Below, one piece after another: positions 26,932-36,331 of a stretch of 37,927 nt of DNA (position 1 is its first letter; each line of letters begins with the position of its first letter). Position numbers and translations under genes: made by a program. The notes beneath the pieces are model-generated. The model had not been told where the DNA came from and did not search any database. It worked only from the letters and a program-made list of their open reading frames with translations. Source of the stretch: a virus (lineage: Duplodnaviria; Caudoviricetes); IMG/VR virus record IMGVR_UViG_3300007541_005699, positions 1-37,927 of that record; one strand, given 5' to 3'.

Positions 26932-28153
26932 AATATTAGAAAACTTTATAAACCATCCTTACAATCCAGAAACTAATTTTTTGTTTGGAGAACAGTATTA
27001 TCAAGAAGGACATAAAGCTGCTGCTTTAACATTATTTTTAAGAACAGCAGAATATGGAACTGATAAAGATTTAGTGTATGAAGCCTTACTTAAAGTAATG
27101 TTATGTTTAAAAGAATTAGAAGGACGACCTCATTCAACAAGAGGTGCTATTTTAAATGCTATTACTTTTGATCGTGAACGACCTGAGGCTTATTATCATT
27201 TAAGTTGTGATCATCAAATTAAAGGTGAATGGCAAGAATCTTATTTAGCAGCTGTTCAAGGACTAGATAAATTAAATAATATGAAACCAACATTAACTAG
27301 TGTTAACTTTCCTGGTGAATATGCTTTGTTATTTCAAAAAGCAGTAGCAAGTTGGTGGATTGGATATTGTGATGAATCAAGAGAATTATTTAATCACTTA
27401 CTAAAAGAATATTCAATGCGCTCTGAATTTGTAGAAGCTTGTTATACTAATTTATCTAAAATTCATGGAATCCAATATCCTTCTTTATTATATACAAAAG
27501 AAGAATACCCAAAACTTAAATACAAATTTAAAAACTCAGATAAAATTGAAAAAAATTATTCCCAAGCATACCAGGATCTTTTTGTTTTGTCTATGTTAGA
27601 TGGAAAAGAAAAGGGAACTTACGTTGAAATAGGAGCATCAGACCCTTATTACAATAGTAATACAGCTTTGTTAGAAAAAGATTTTGGTTGGACCGGAGTA
27701 TCATTAGAAATTAACGAAGAAGAAGTAAATAAATTTAATTTAGAACGTTCTAATAAATGTATTCTTCAAGATGCTACAACTGTTAACTATGAAGAGTTAT
27801 TTAATAATAACGGCTTAACTGAGGTTATAGACTATCTACAGGTTGATGTTGAACCCGCAGAAGTAACGTTTAATGTTTTACTTTCTATACCTTTTGATAA
27901 GTATAAATTTAGAGTAATTACATATGAACATGATTATTATTTAAATCATCCTGTTGATTATAGAAAACTTTCAAGAAAATTTTTAGAAGCTCAAGGTTAT
28001 AAAATGATTGTAGGAGATATTGCTCCTGATTCAAATAGTACTTTTGAAGACTGGTGGGTACACCCTGAACTAGTAGACTCAGAAATTATTACAGCAATGG
28101 TTGATTACTCAGAAAAAATTAAAAGAGCAGATCATTATATATTAAATGGGTAA
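26924..28153 (+). CDS. TPR-like domain fused to an FkbM-type methyltransferase
   Basis: Helical N-terminal half (RPEAYYHL); NYSQAYQDLFV, YVEIGASDP, SNTALLE, IDYLQVDVEP, ITYEHD and EDWWV. Confidence 0.8.
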   Translation: MDKILENFINHPYNPETNFLFGEQYYQEGHKAAALTLFLRTAEYGTDKDLVYEALLKVMLCLKELEGRPHSTRGAILNAITFDRERPEAYYHLSCDHQIKGEWQESYLAAVQGLDKLNNMKPTLTSVNFPGEYALLFQKAVASWWIGYCDESRELFNHLLKEYSMRSEFVEACYTNLSKIHGIQYPSLLYTKEEYPKLKYKFKNSDKIEKNYSQAYQDLFVLSMLDGKEKGTYVEIGASDPYYNSNTALLEKDFGWTGVSLEINEEEVNKFNLERSNKCILQDATTVNYEELFNNNGLTEVIDYLQVDVEPAEVTFNVLLSIPFDKYKFRVITYEHDYYLNHPVDYRKLSRKFLEAQGYKMIVGDIAPDSNSTFEDWWVHPELVDSEIITAMVDYSEKIKRADHYILNG

Positions 28154-28991
28154 TCAAGACTGGAAAATAACACCTTATGCAACTATGGAGGTTACAACTA
28201 ACCTTCCTAAAAAAGGTTGTGTAGTTGACTGTATTTTCTGTCCTCAACGAACCTTAGTTAAAAATTATAATGGAACTCGTCATTTATCTTTAGAAGACTT
28301 TAAGAGAGCAGTAAATAAAATTCCAACAGAAGTTAGAATCACATTTGCAGGATTTACTGAACCTTGGACTAATAGACATTGTACAGATATGTTACTTTAT
28401 GCTTATGAAAAAGGCCATAGAGTAGCAGCTTTTACTACAGGAGTAGGAATGACAGTAGAAGATGTTGAAAGACTTAAAGATATTTCTTTTGATGAAGGAC
28501 CAAATGCAGGGTTTGTTTTACATTTACCTGACCAAGAAAGACTAGCTAAACATCCTATAACCCCTCGTTATATAGAAGTAATTGAAGCTTTTGGAGTACA
28601 TCAAGATTCTTTCAATAAATTTTATTTAATGTCTATGGGTAGTGTTCATGAAAAGGTAAAACATGTTTTTGATCGAGTTGCTAACCCTGAAATGTGGTCT
28701 AGAGCAGGTAATTTAATTGGAGAAGCAATTATGAAACCTGAACTATTAAATGTTAAAGAACTATTTAGATCAGTATATCATGGAGAGTCTCCTAAAACTT
28801 GTGGTTGTATAGAAAATTTGTATCATAACGTGATGCTTCCAAATGGAGATGTATCTTTATGTTGTATGGATTATTCTTTAAGTTATATTATAGGAAATAT
28901 GTTTGAACAAGAATATGAAGAAATAATTCCAAAATTAAACACTTGTTATGATATGTGTCGTTATTGTGAAAATGGAGTAAACCCTAATTAA
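28146..28991 (+). CDS. Radical SAM enzyme with SPASM/twitch-like C-terminal domain
   Basis: CVVDCIFC (CxxxCxxC), FAGFTEP, PNGDVSLCC and terminal CYDMCRYC. Confidence 0.88.
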   Translation: MGNQDWKITPYATMEVTTNLPKKGCVVDCIFCPQRTLVKNYNGTRHLSLEDFKRAVNKIPTEVRITFAGFTEPWTNRHCTDMLLYAYEKGHRVAAFTTGVGMTVEDVERLKDISFDEGPNAGFVLHLPDQERLAKHPITPRYIEVIEAFGVHQDSFNKFYLMSMGSVHEKVKHVFDRVANPEMWSRAGNLIGEAIMKPELLNVKELFRSVYHGESPKTCGCIENLYHNVMLPNGDVSLCCMDYSLSYIIGNMFEQEYEEIIPKLNTCYDMCRYCENGVNPN

Positions 28992-28992
28992 A

Positions 28993-29994
28993 ATGAAACC
29001 AATTATAATAATATCCGCTTACTGTCCTGATGATGAAAGAAAACTAATACTTGAAAATTGTGTTAATTCTCTTCAACCAATTAGAAAAGATTTTGATATT
29101 TTAATTTCAACTCATTCTTATATTCCTGAACATATTGGAAAAAAAGTAGATTTTGTTTTTTATGATGCTAATAATGATTTAATTTATGATTGGGACTTAT
29201 TAAATACTCCTTGGTTCTCACCTTCCCCTGGGTTAGTTATAGTTTCTTCTTTAATCTCTAATTTTAGTACTTACTCTGCTTGTAATAGAATTATTATGGG
29301 TGGTTTTGGTATAGCTAAAAACTTTGGATATGAAAAAGCACATTATATAGACTATGATGCTATTATTAATGATTATTCTGATTTTTATGAAAACAATAAA
29401 TTACTAGATAATTATGTCGCTATCCAATATAAAAAAGAATATAGAAACTATGAACATAATATTGAAGGAGGAGTAGGAGTATTCCAGGCTGCAAATTTAA
29501 ATAAAGTAAATAAGATTTTTACAACATATAATGAAAAAGAACTATTAGAAGTATTAAAAAATGCTCCTAATAAAACAAATGAAATTATATACCAGGATCT
29601 ATATAAACTAGATGGAGAAGAAATTTTATATAAAAATTGGGATTCTCTTATAGAAAAAGGAAATATATTTAATCAATCTATTTCTACTCAAAAAGATGAT
29701 TTAAATGATTGGACAGTTCCTTATTATGATACTAAAACAGGTAAAATAAATGTTATAGCTTGGAACTCTAAAAAAGATTATCCTATTAATGTAAGTTTTA
29801 TTATTAATCAAGAAAAAATTGTAACATTAAATAATGTTAATAAATTTGAATGGAAAACATCTGAAGTAGATGACATTAATAATATTAATGAAATACTAAT
29901 TATTGTTGATAATAAAATTAAAAACCATGTAATTATTAATACTCCTGAATTAAAAGAAAAATTTATAAGAAATAATCAAACTCAATATAAATAA
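28993..29994 (+). CDS. Putative GT-A fold glycosyltransferase-like protein
   Basis: N-terminal IIIISAY strand, DILISTH and YIDYD (DxD); context among sugar-modifying genes. Confidence 0.5.
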   Translation: MKPIIIISAYCPDDERKLILENCVNSLQPIRKDFDILISTHSYIPEHIGKKVDFVFYDANNDLIYDWDLLNTPWFSPSPGLVIVSSLISNFSTYSACNRIIMGGFGIAKNFGYEKAHYIDYDAIINDYSDFYENNKLLDNYVAIQYKKEYRNYEHNIEGGVGVFQAANLNKVNKIFTTYNEKELLEVLKNAPNKTNEIIYQDLYKLDGEEILYKNWDSLIEKGNIFNQSISTQKDDLNDWTVPYYDTKTGKINVIAWNSKKDYPINVSFIINQEKIVTLNNVNKFEWKTSEVDDINNINEILIIVDNKIKNHVIINTPELKEKFIRNNQTQYK

Positions 29995-29997
29995 TAT

Positions 29998-30864
29998 ATG
30001 ATATATTTTGAATTAAAAAATAAAATTGCTACTCCTGAAAGTCCTGAAGTTTTTACTTTTAAAGTAGAATTAGATCCTAAGTTACAAAACATTTTAAAAG
30101 AACATTTAATTATTAAGTTTTGCACTATTGGAAAAAACAACCCAGAAGGATGGGAAACTAAAATTACCCCAGGATGTTGGAGTGAATGGAATGGAGGAGG
30201 TAATAGTAGATGGGACATTATTATTATGGATAATAATCGAAATATTTTATTTACTAGAGAATATAATTCTCTTTATGATGGTAGTGATTTAGACAAAGCA
30301 TTTAATTTATATTGTAAAATAAATAAACAAACAAAAGGAATAGTGATAGGATCCCATGATGGCCTTTTTGGACACTGGGTACAATCAGTAAGAGATAATG
30401 AAACAGAATGTTTAATTATTGAAGGATCAACCCCCCAATTTATAAAACTAACTGAAAATTATAATAAATATAAAAATTGTACATTAATAAATGAAATTGT
30501 TACTGTAAAAGGAGGTCCTGTAGAATGGCATACTGGGGGTGAAGGGTTTACTGATTCAATACATAAGGATGTTAATTTAAAGTTTTTAAAAGATGAAGAA
30601 ATTAAAACAGAAATAAAAAATAGTATTTCTATAAATGATTTAATTGAAAAACATAATTATCAAAATTATGATTGGCTTCATACAGATATTGAAGGATATG
30701 ATGCTGAATTAATTATGGGATTAAAATATTTACCTAAATTTATAATTTTTGAAAACGAACATTCTAAAACATTAGGAACTTATATACATGTTAAAAAATA
30801 TTTAGAACATTTAAATTATAATGTTATTGAAATAGGTATTGACACATTAGCAGTAAAACAATGA
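29998..30864 (+). CDS. FkbM-like methyltransferase with N-terminal extension
   Basis: IVIGSHDG, LIIEG, WLHTDIEGYD and IIFEN. Confidence 0.75.
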   Translation: MIYFELKNKIATPESPEVFTFKVELDPKLQNILKEHLIIKFCTIGKNNPEGWETKITPGCWSEWNGGGNSRWDIIIMDNNRNILFTREYNSLYDGSDLDKAFNLYCKINKQTKGIVIGSHDGLFGHWVQSVRDNETECLIIEGSTPQFIKLTENYNKYKNCTLINEIVTVKGGPVEWHTGGEGFTDSIHKDVNLKFLKDEEIKTEIKNSISINDLIEKHNYQNYDWLHTDIEGYDAELIMGLKYLPKFIIFENEHSKTLGTYIHVKKYLEHLNYNVIEIGIDTLAVKQ

Positions 30865-31814
30865 TAGTATTTGATAAATTTATAGAAAACCAAAAGGGAA
30901 TTCAATTTAGTTCTTTAGAATCCCAAGAAATTGTTATTAAAATAATAGATGGATATACTGAACTTTGTTCATATGAAAGAAAAATGGATGTTATTCCAAA
31001 TATAAACTATTATTTTTTTCATCCTGTTGATGTATATCACAGACGGTTTGAAATTTGGGATAATTTAGAACAAAATTTATTATTAAAAATAGATACAACT
31101 AAATTAGAAAATGTAAATTTAAAAAATGAAGATAAATTTAATAAAATAAACAAATTTGGTAAAATATATAATATAAAAGATTCTAGTGTAGGTTTACCTT
31201 TATATGAAATATTTGTTACAAAAATATATGATAAATTTTTTAAAGTAGAAGAAGGAGATACTGTTGTAGATATTGGAGGAAATATAGGTTTATTTTCATA
31301 TTATGCTTTATGTAAAGGAGCTTCTAAAGTTTATTGTTTTGAACCATCTCCAAAAACCTGTAATATAATAAAATCTAATTTTAATTTTAATAATCTTATT
31401 ATTGAAGAAGCTGCTGTTTCATCACAAGATGGTTATGTTGATTTTTTTGAATCTAATTCAAATTCAATTGGCTCTTCTATATTTTCGACCCCACACCCAT
31501 CAACCCCAGAAAAGGTTGAGAAAATAACTTGTAAATCTATTAATTTTAATAACTATATAGAAACAAATAATATAGAAAAAATTGATTATTTTAAAATAGA
31601 TTGTGAAGGTGCTGAATATGAAATTATTAAAAGTTTAGATGAACAATATCTTACCAATAATATAAATAAAATTTGTTTAGAATATCATTTTAATACTGAT
31701 GGTAAAATAAATACTATTTTAAATAAATTAAAAAAATGTAATTTTAATATTAATTTTGAATTTGGAGATTATCAAATTAATGATGAATTAGGAATAATAT
31801 ACGCTTATAAATAA
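30861..31814 (+). CDS. FkbM-family methyltransferase
   Basis: VVDIGGNIGLFS, VYCFEP, IDYFKIDCEGAEY and LEYH. Confidence 0.9.
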   Translation: MIVFDKFIENQKGIQFSSLESQEIVIKIIDGYTELCSYERKMDVIPNINYYFFHPVDVYHRRFEIWDNLEQNLLLKIDTTKLENVNLKNEDKFNKINKFGKIYNIKDSSVGLPLYEIFVTKIYDKFFKVEEGDTVVDIGGNIGLFSYYALCKGASKVYCFEPSPKTCNIIKSNFNFNNLIIEEAAVSSQDGYVDFFESNSNSIGSSIFSTPHPSTPEKVEKITCKSINFNNYIETNNIEKIDYFKIDCEGAEYEIIKSLDEQYLTNNINKICLEYHFNTDGKINTILNKLKKCNFNINFEFGDYQINDELGIIYAYK

Positions 31815-31823
31815 AAATAAAAT

Positions 31824-32546
31824 ATGAAAAATAAACAATTTAATCTACAAGAATTTTTAGCCCCTTATGTGTCTTCTTTAGAAATCTCAGGCTTACCTCG
31901 TTTAAAATATTATGAGTATGTGATTGAAAAATTAGTTGCCTTAAATCGTCCTATCACTATAGTAGAAACAGGTACTATGTGGTCTAGTGTTGAAGGCAAC
32001 ATGGGTGCTTTTACTTATGTTTTTGGGGACTTAATTAAAAACTATACAGGAGGCAAATTAATTACTGTAGATATTTCCGAAGAATCTATAAATAATTGTA
32101 AAGAAACTACTAAAGAATTCTCAGAGGTTATTGAATATGTTGTTTCGGATTCTGTTACTTATTTAGAATCTTTAAGTGATGAAGAAGTTCAACAGATAGA
32201 CTTTATTTACTTTGATTCATTTGATCTTTCAGTACCTGATCCTATCCCTTCACAATTACACCATTACAGAGAATTAGCTGCTGTATACAAACGTTTAAAA
32301 CATGATGTTTATTTGGCCGTTGATGATAACTTTTTACCTGGTGGATGGATTGAATGGTTCATTTTTGCTGACGATGGAAGTCGAAATATAGTTGGTCAAA
32401 CAAGGTATGATGTTGGACATTTTCGAGTTTTAGGTAAAGGAACATTAATTGATTGTTTTTTAATGGATAATGGTTGGAAACGTAATGATGAAATATTAAA
32501 TTTAGGTCACCACTATAGTTATATTTTAGGTTATGAAAGAATTTAA
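31824..32546 (+). CDS. Class I SAM-dependent methyltransferase
   Basis: IVETGT, ITVDI, DSVTYL, IDFIYFDS, AVDD and GKG. Confidence 0.75.
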   Translation: MKNKQFNLQEFLAPYVSSLEISGLPRLKYYEYVIEKLVALNRPITIVETGTMWSSVEGNMGAFTYVFGDLIKNYTGGKLITVDISEESINNCKETTKEFSEVIEYVVSDSVTYLESLSDEEVQQIDFIYFDSFDLSVPDPIPSQLHHYRELAAVYKRLKHDVYLAVDDNFLPGGWIEWFIFADDGSRNIVGQTRYDVGHFRVLGKGTLIDCFLMDNGWKRNDEILNLGHHYSYILGYERI

Positions 32547-33366
32547 TGAGGTAAAATATATCTTAGACCAATTTTATCAAAATCATAACACATATAAACT
32601 AATTTCACCAAACACATTCTCACCCTCCTCAGTATATAATAATGCTGAGGGGTTAGGAGATGCTATTATACTAACATCAATTCTTCCTTACTTAAAAGTA
32701 AGTAATAAACTTTTAAATGAAATAGGTGAAAAATATATTAATAGAAAAAATCTAACAAATGATTCAAATTTTTGTGTAACAGAATTAGCACAAAATGATT
32801 GGGGAGGTGGGCATGCTATTCAACGATTTCAAAAATCATTAGGACTACCTGTAGAAATTAAACCCAAAGGAAAAATTAATTATAATCCTAGTTTAAAAGA
32901 AAAAAATAAAGTTTTTATACATTTACAAAATAATACTGATTGGAAACGTACAATACCTAACAGTTTAGATATAGAGCAAATAAAAATAATATATGATTTT
33001 TTTAAGATTAATACTCACTTTACTCCTTATTATTATAATAATGATTTAACTATAAATGAAATGATAGAAGTAATGGAAACTTGCGAGTATTTTTTAGGTA
33101 TAGATAGTGGTCCAATGCATGTTGCTGCTGCTTTAGATTTAAAATCTGTTATTATTATAAACGATCCTAATCAGTTAGTATATTTGCCTAAAATAAAAGA
33201 ATGTGAATTACCTAATTCTGAGTGGTTATACCCACAAAATATTCATTTAAATAGAAGTGGAAAAACAGAATTAATTCCATATTTTACACTGCAAACTTTA
33301 ATAAGTGCTTTTAAAGGAGATATTTATCCTTATTTTACTGACTTATATTTAAATATCTTTATATGA
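32533..33366 (+). CDS. GT9 (heptosyltransferase-like) glycosyltransferase
   Basis: GLGDAII and FLGIDSGPMHVAAAL signature motifs. Confidence 0.8.
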   Translation: MKEFNEVKYILDQFYQNHNTYKLISPNTFSPSSVYNNAEGLGDAIILTSILPYLKVSNKLLNEIGEKYINRKNLTNDSNFCVTELAQNDWGGGHAIQRFQKSLGLPVEIKPKGKINYNPSLKEKNKVFIHLQNNTDWKRTIPNSLDIEQIKIIYDFFKINTHFTPYYYNNDLTINEMIEVMETCEYFLGIDSGPMHVAAALDLKSVIIINDPNQLVYLPKIKECELPNSEWLYPQNIHLNRSGKTELIPYFTLQTLISAFKGDIYPYFTDLYLNIFI

Positions 33367-35645
33367 AAAATAAACCAAAAATTTATGTCCATAGTTCTTA
33401 TATAGGAACAACAGGTTACAACCAACATACTAGAGATTTTTTTAGAGAAGTATCTAAACATTTACAACTAAAAATCAGAAACTTTACTGTTGGAAAAACT
33501 TGGGAAGGTTATAATGAAACTCCTCATGATAATGAACCTTATATAAATGAAATAGATAAGTCTATTTTATATGAACAAATACTTTGGAATAATGATGGAG
33601 GAAGAGATAACCATAAAATTTATCCTTCATCTAATAAAGAATTTTTACATGATTTAAATATAGTTTTATGTGAAACAGACCATCATTTATTTTATGATAA
33701 ATACAATGGTCCAAAAATAGCATATAATGTTTGGGAAACAACAAAACAACCTGAAGAATTTTTTAATAAATTAAAAGAATTTGATGAATTATGGGTTCCA
33801 TCAAAATGGCAAAAAGAAGTAACAGTAAAACAAGGATATGATCCTAACAAAATTAAAGTAGTTCCTGAAGGTGTAGACACCAATACATTCTACCCAGAAG
33901 AAACAACTCATGAATTAACATCAGATGGTAGATTTAAATTCTTTTTAGCAGGTAGATGGGATTATAGAAAATCAACTAAAGAAATTATTGAAACATTTTT
34001 AAATACTTTTACAAATGATGAACCTGTTGATTTAATTGTTTCTATAGATAATCCATTTTCAGGTGATGGATTAGAGACAACTGAAAATAGATTAAAATAT
34101 TATAATTTAGATGATGAACGAATTAAAATAGTTCATTTTCCTGTAAGAGAAGATTATATTAAAATATTAAAATCATGTAATGTATTTTTATCTTGTGCTC
34201 GTTCTGAAGGTTGGAATTTACCTTTAATTGAGGCAATGGCTTGTGGTATACCTTCAATTTACTCTAACTGTTCAGGCCAGCTTGAATTTGCTGAAGGAAA
34301 AGGAATACCAGTAAATATTTTAGGAGAAAAACCAGCAGATGATTCTTCATACAATCATTTTAATGGTTATACAGGTAATTATTATGAACCAGATTTTAAT
34401 CATTTACAATTAATGATGATGTATTCTTATATGAAGTATGATGAGTGTAAGAAAAAAGCATTAAAAGAGTCAGAAGAAATTAGACATAAATTTAGTTGGG
34501 AAAAAGTAGGAGAAATTGGTTATAAAACTATATTAAATTTTTATGAAAAAAATAAAGATAAAAACTCCCAATTAAAAAATGAAATAAAAATTGATTATAT
34601 TGATGGTCCAAAAGTAGAAATAGTAGGAAACAAATTAGAACAATATCATGTTGAATTTTTAGATGAAAAAAATAATGTTATCTATGAAGACACTATTACA
34701 AATAACATGTGGACTAAATGTTCTAGAAAATATTATACTAAATGGAAAATTAAAGTTAACGGAAATATAATAGATGAACTTAATCTAAATAATAAACGAG
34801 CATTAATAAGTTTAGAATCAAGATCAATAGGTGATACAATAGCATGGACACCGTATGCTGTTGATTTTGCTAAAAAACATAATTGTAAAGTTATTTTAAG
34901 TACATTCCATAATTATTGGTTTAAAGAAAAAGAAGAATATAAAGATATTGAATTTATTGAACCAGGAACATCTACCCTTTGTGATGTTGTTTATCGAATA
35001 GGATGGTTTAAAGGAGATTCTGGTAAATGGGACCAATTTGATTTATATCCTAATTACCCACAAACCCAACCTTTACAAAAAACAGCCTCAGACATTCTAG
35101 GTTTAGAATTTAAAGAATTAAATTATGGTATTAATTTTACCTCTAAATCAAAACCTTCTAAAATTGATTATATAGTTATTGCCCCTGAATCAACTTCAGG
35201 TTGTAAAGAATGGCCTTATGATAGTTGGGTTGTATTATCTAAAATGTTACGTGAATTAGGATATACTGTAGTAACTCTTACAAATAAATCTTACAATATA
35301 AAAGGTAATTTAAATATTAATGGTAAAACATTAAATGAATCTATTAATGTTTTATACAATGCTAAATTTTTAATTGGTTTAAGCTCAGGATTATCTTGGA
35401 TTAATTGGGCTTTAGGAAAACAAACAGTAATGATAAGTGGTTTTTCTCAAAAAGATCATGAATTTCAATCTAATAACATAAGAATTCAAAATGAATATGC
35501 TTGTAATTCATGTTGGCAAAACACAAACTTTATTTTCGATCCAGGAAATTGGGATTGGTGTCCTATTTGGGAAGGAACAGATAAACAACATATTTGTGAA
35601 AAATCAATCTCACCTTTAACAGTATTTAACTCACTACCTTTATGA
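33363..35645 (+). CDS. GT4 glycosyltransferase fused to a TibC/Aah-like autotransporter O-heptosyltransferase
   Basis: N-terminal half: GRWDYRK and SEGWNLPLIEAMACG (Ex7E). C-terminal half: SIGDTIAW.PY, IGLSSGLSWINWA, ISGFS, and the CNSCW...WCP...C iron-finger cysteines as recalled for TibC/Aah. Confidence 0.88.
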   Translation: MKNKPKIYVHSSYIGTTGYNQHTRDFFREVSKHLQLKIRNFTVGKTWEGYNETPHDNEPYINEIDKSILYEQILWNNDGGRDNHKIYPSSNKEFLHDLNIVLCETDHHLFYDKYNGPKIAYNVWETTKQPEEFFNKLKEFDELWVPSKWQKEVTVKQGYDPNKIKVVPEGVDTNTFYPEETTHELTSDGRFKFFLAGRWDYRKSTKEIIETFLNTFTNDEPVDLIVSIDNPFSGDGLETTENRLKYYNLDDERIKIVHFPVREDYIKILKSCNVFLSCARSEGWNLPLIEAMACGIPSIYSNCSGQLEFAEGKGIPVNILGEKPADDSSYNHFNGYTGNYYEPDFNHLQLMMMYSYMKYDECKKKALKESEEIRHKFSWEKVGEIGYKTILNFYEKNKDKNSQLKNEIKIDYIDGPKVEIVGNKLEQYHVEFLDEKNNVIYEDTITNNMWTKCSRKYYTKWKIKVNGNIIDELNLNNKRALISLESRSIGDTIAWTPYAVDFAKKHNCKVILSTFHNYWFKEKEEYKDIEFIEPGTSTLCDVVYRIGWFKGDSGKWDQFDLYPNYPQTQPLQKTASDILGLEFKELNYGINFTSKSKPSKIDYIVIAPESTSGCKEWPYDSWVVLSKMLRELGYTVVTLTNKSYNIKGNLNINGKTLNESINVLYNAKFLIGLSSGLSWINWALGKQTVMISGFSQKDHEFQSNNIRIQNEYACNSCWQNTNFIFDPGNWDWCPIWEGTDKQHICEKSISPLTVFNSLPL

Positions 35646-36301
35646 TAAATTTAGAAAATTTTAATTGGGGTCCTACCTCAGAATGGTATAAAGACCAAAT
35701 TACTAAAGAAATGTTTATAGAAAACATTTATGAAAAATGCTTTCCTGTTGAAGAAGGAGACATAATAGTAGACTTTGGTGCTTCTATTGGAGATTTTATT
35801 TGGTCTATTAAAAATAAAAATCCAAAACATTGTTTTGTTATTGAACCTTTAGATTCTTATTTCGATATATTACAAGAAAATTTATTAGGTTATCCTGTTT
35901 CTTTTACTAAAGCTTTTCTTAGTCAAGAAGAAACAACAAAAGTAGATTGGGATGGGTTAACAAGTGAATGTAGAAGTTTAACTTTTAAACAATTTATAAA
36001 AGAAAATAATCTTAAACATATTGATTTTTTAAAAACAGATTGTGAAGGAGGTGAATATAGTATTTTTACAGAAGAAAACCTAGACTACATTATTAATCAC
36101 GTCAAAAAAATTTCAGGTGAATGGCATTTAAGTACTCCTGAATTAAAACAACAATTTAGAAATTTTAGAGACAATTATTTATCTAAGTTTAATAATTTTG
36201 AAGTTTATTCTGTTGATGGAATTGATATTAAGTGGGATTTATGGAATGAACATTTTTTAGAATATTATAATGAGGTATTAATTTACATAGATAACCGTTA
36301 A
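35642..36301 (+). CDS. FkbM-family methyltransferase
   Basis: IVDFGASIG, IEP, IDFLKTDCEGGEY and GEWH. Confidence 0.85.
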   Translation: MINLENFNWGPTSEWYKDQITKEMFIENIYEKCFPVEEGDIIVDFGASIGDFIWSIKNKNPKHCFVIEPLDSYFDILQENLLGYPVSFTKAFLSQEETTKVDWDGLTSECRSLTFKQFIKENNLKHIDFLKTDCEGGEYSIFTEENLDYIINHVKKISGEWHLSTPELKQQFRNFRDNYLSKFNNFEVYSVDGIDIKWDLWNEHFLEYYNEVLIYIDNR

Positions 36302-36318
36302 TTTCTTCAAAAACTATA

Positions 36319-36326
36319 ATATTTAT
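36319..36326 (+). promoter_or_regulatory. Candidate late promoter ATATTTAT
   Basis: The motif reappears where structural genes resume, 5 nt before ATG 36332. Confidence 0.55.
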
Positions 36327-36331
36327 TATAA

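Noticed and set aside
28146-28991. RiPP cluster built around the SPASM-type radical SAM enzyme
   Set aside because: No short precursor peptide, RRE domain or exporter is visible nearby.
25359-36301. Bacterial LPS/capsule operon or DNA hypermodification cluster
   Set aside because: There is no flippase, polymerase, transporter or nucleotide-modifying enzyme, and it is flanked by virion genes. Not fully excluded, but virion protein glycosylation fits better.
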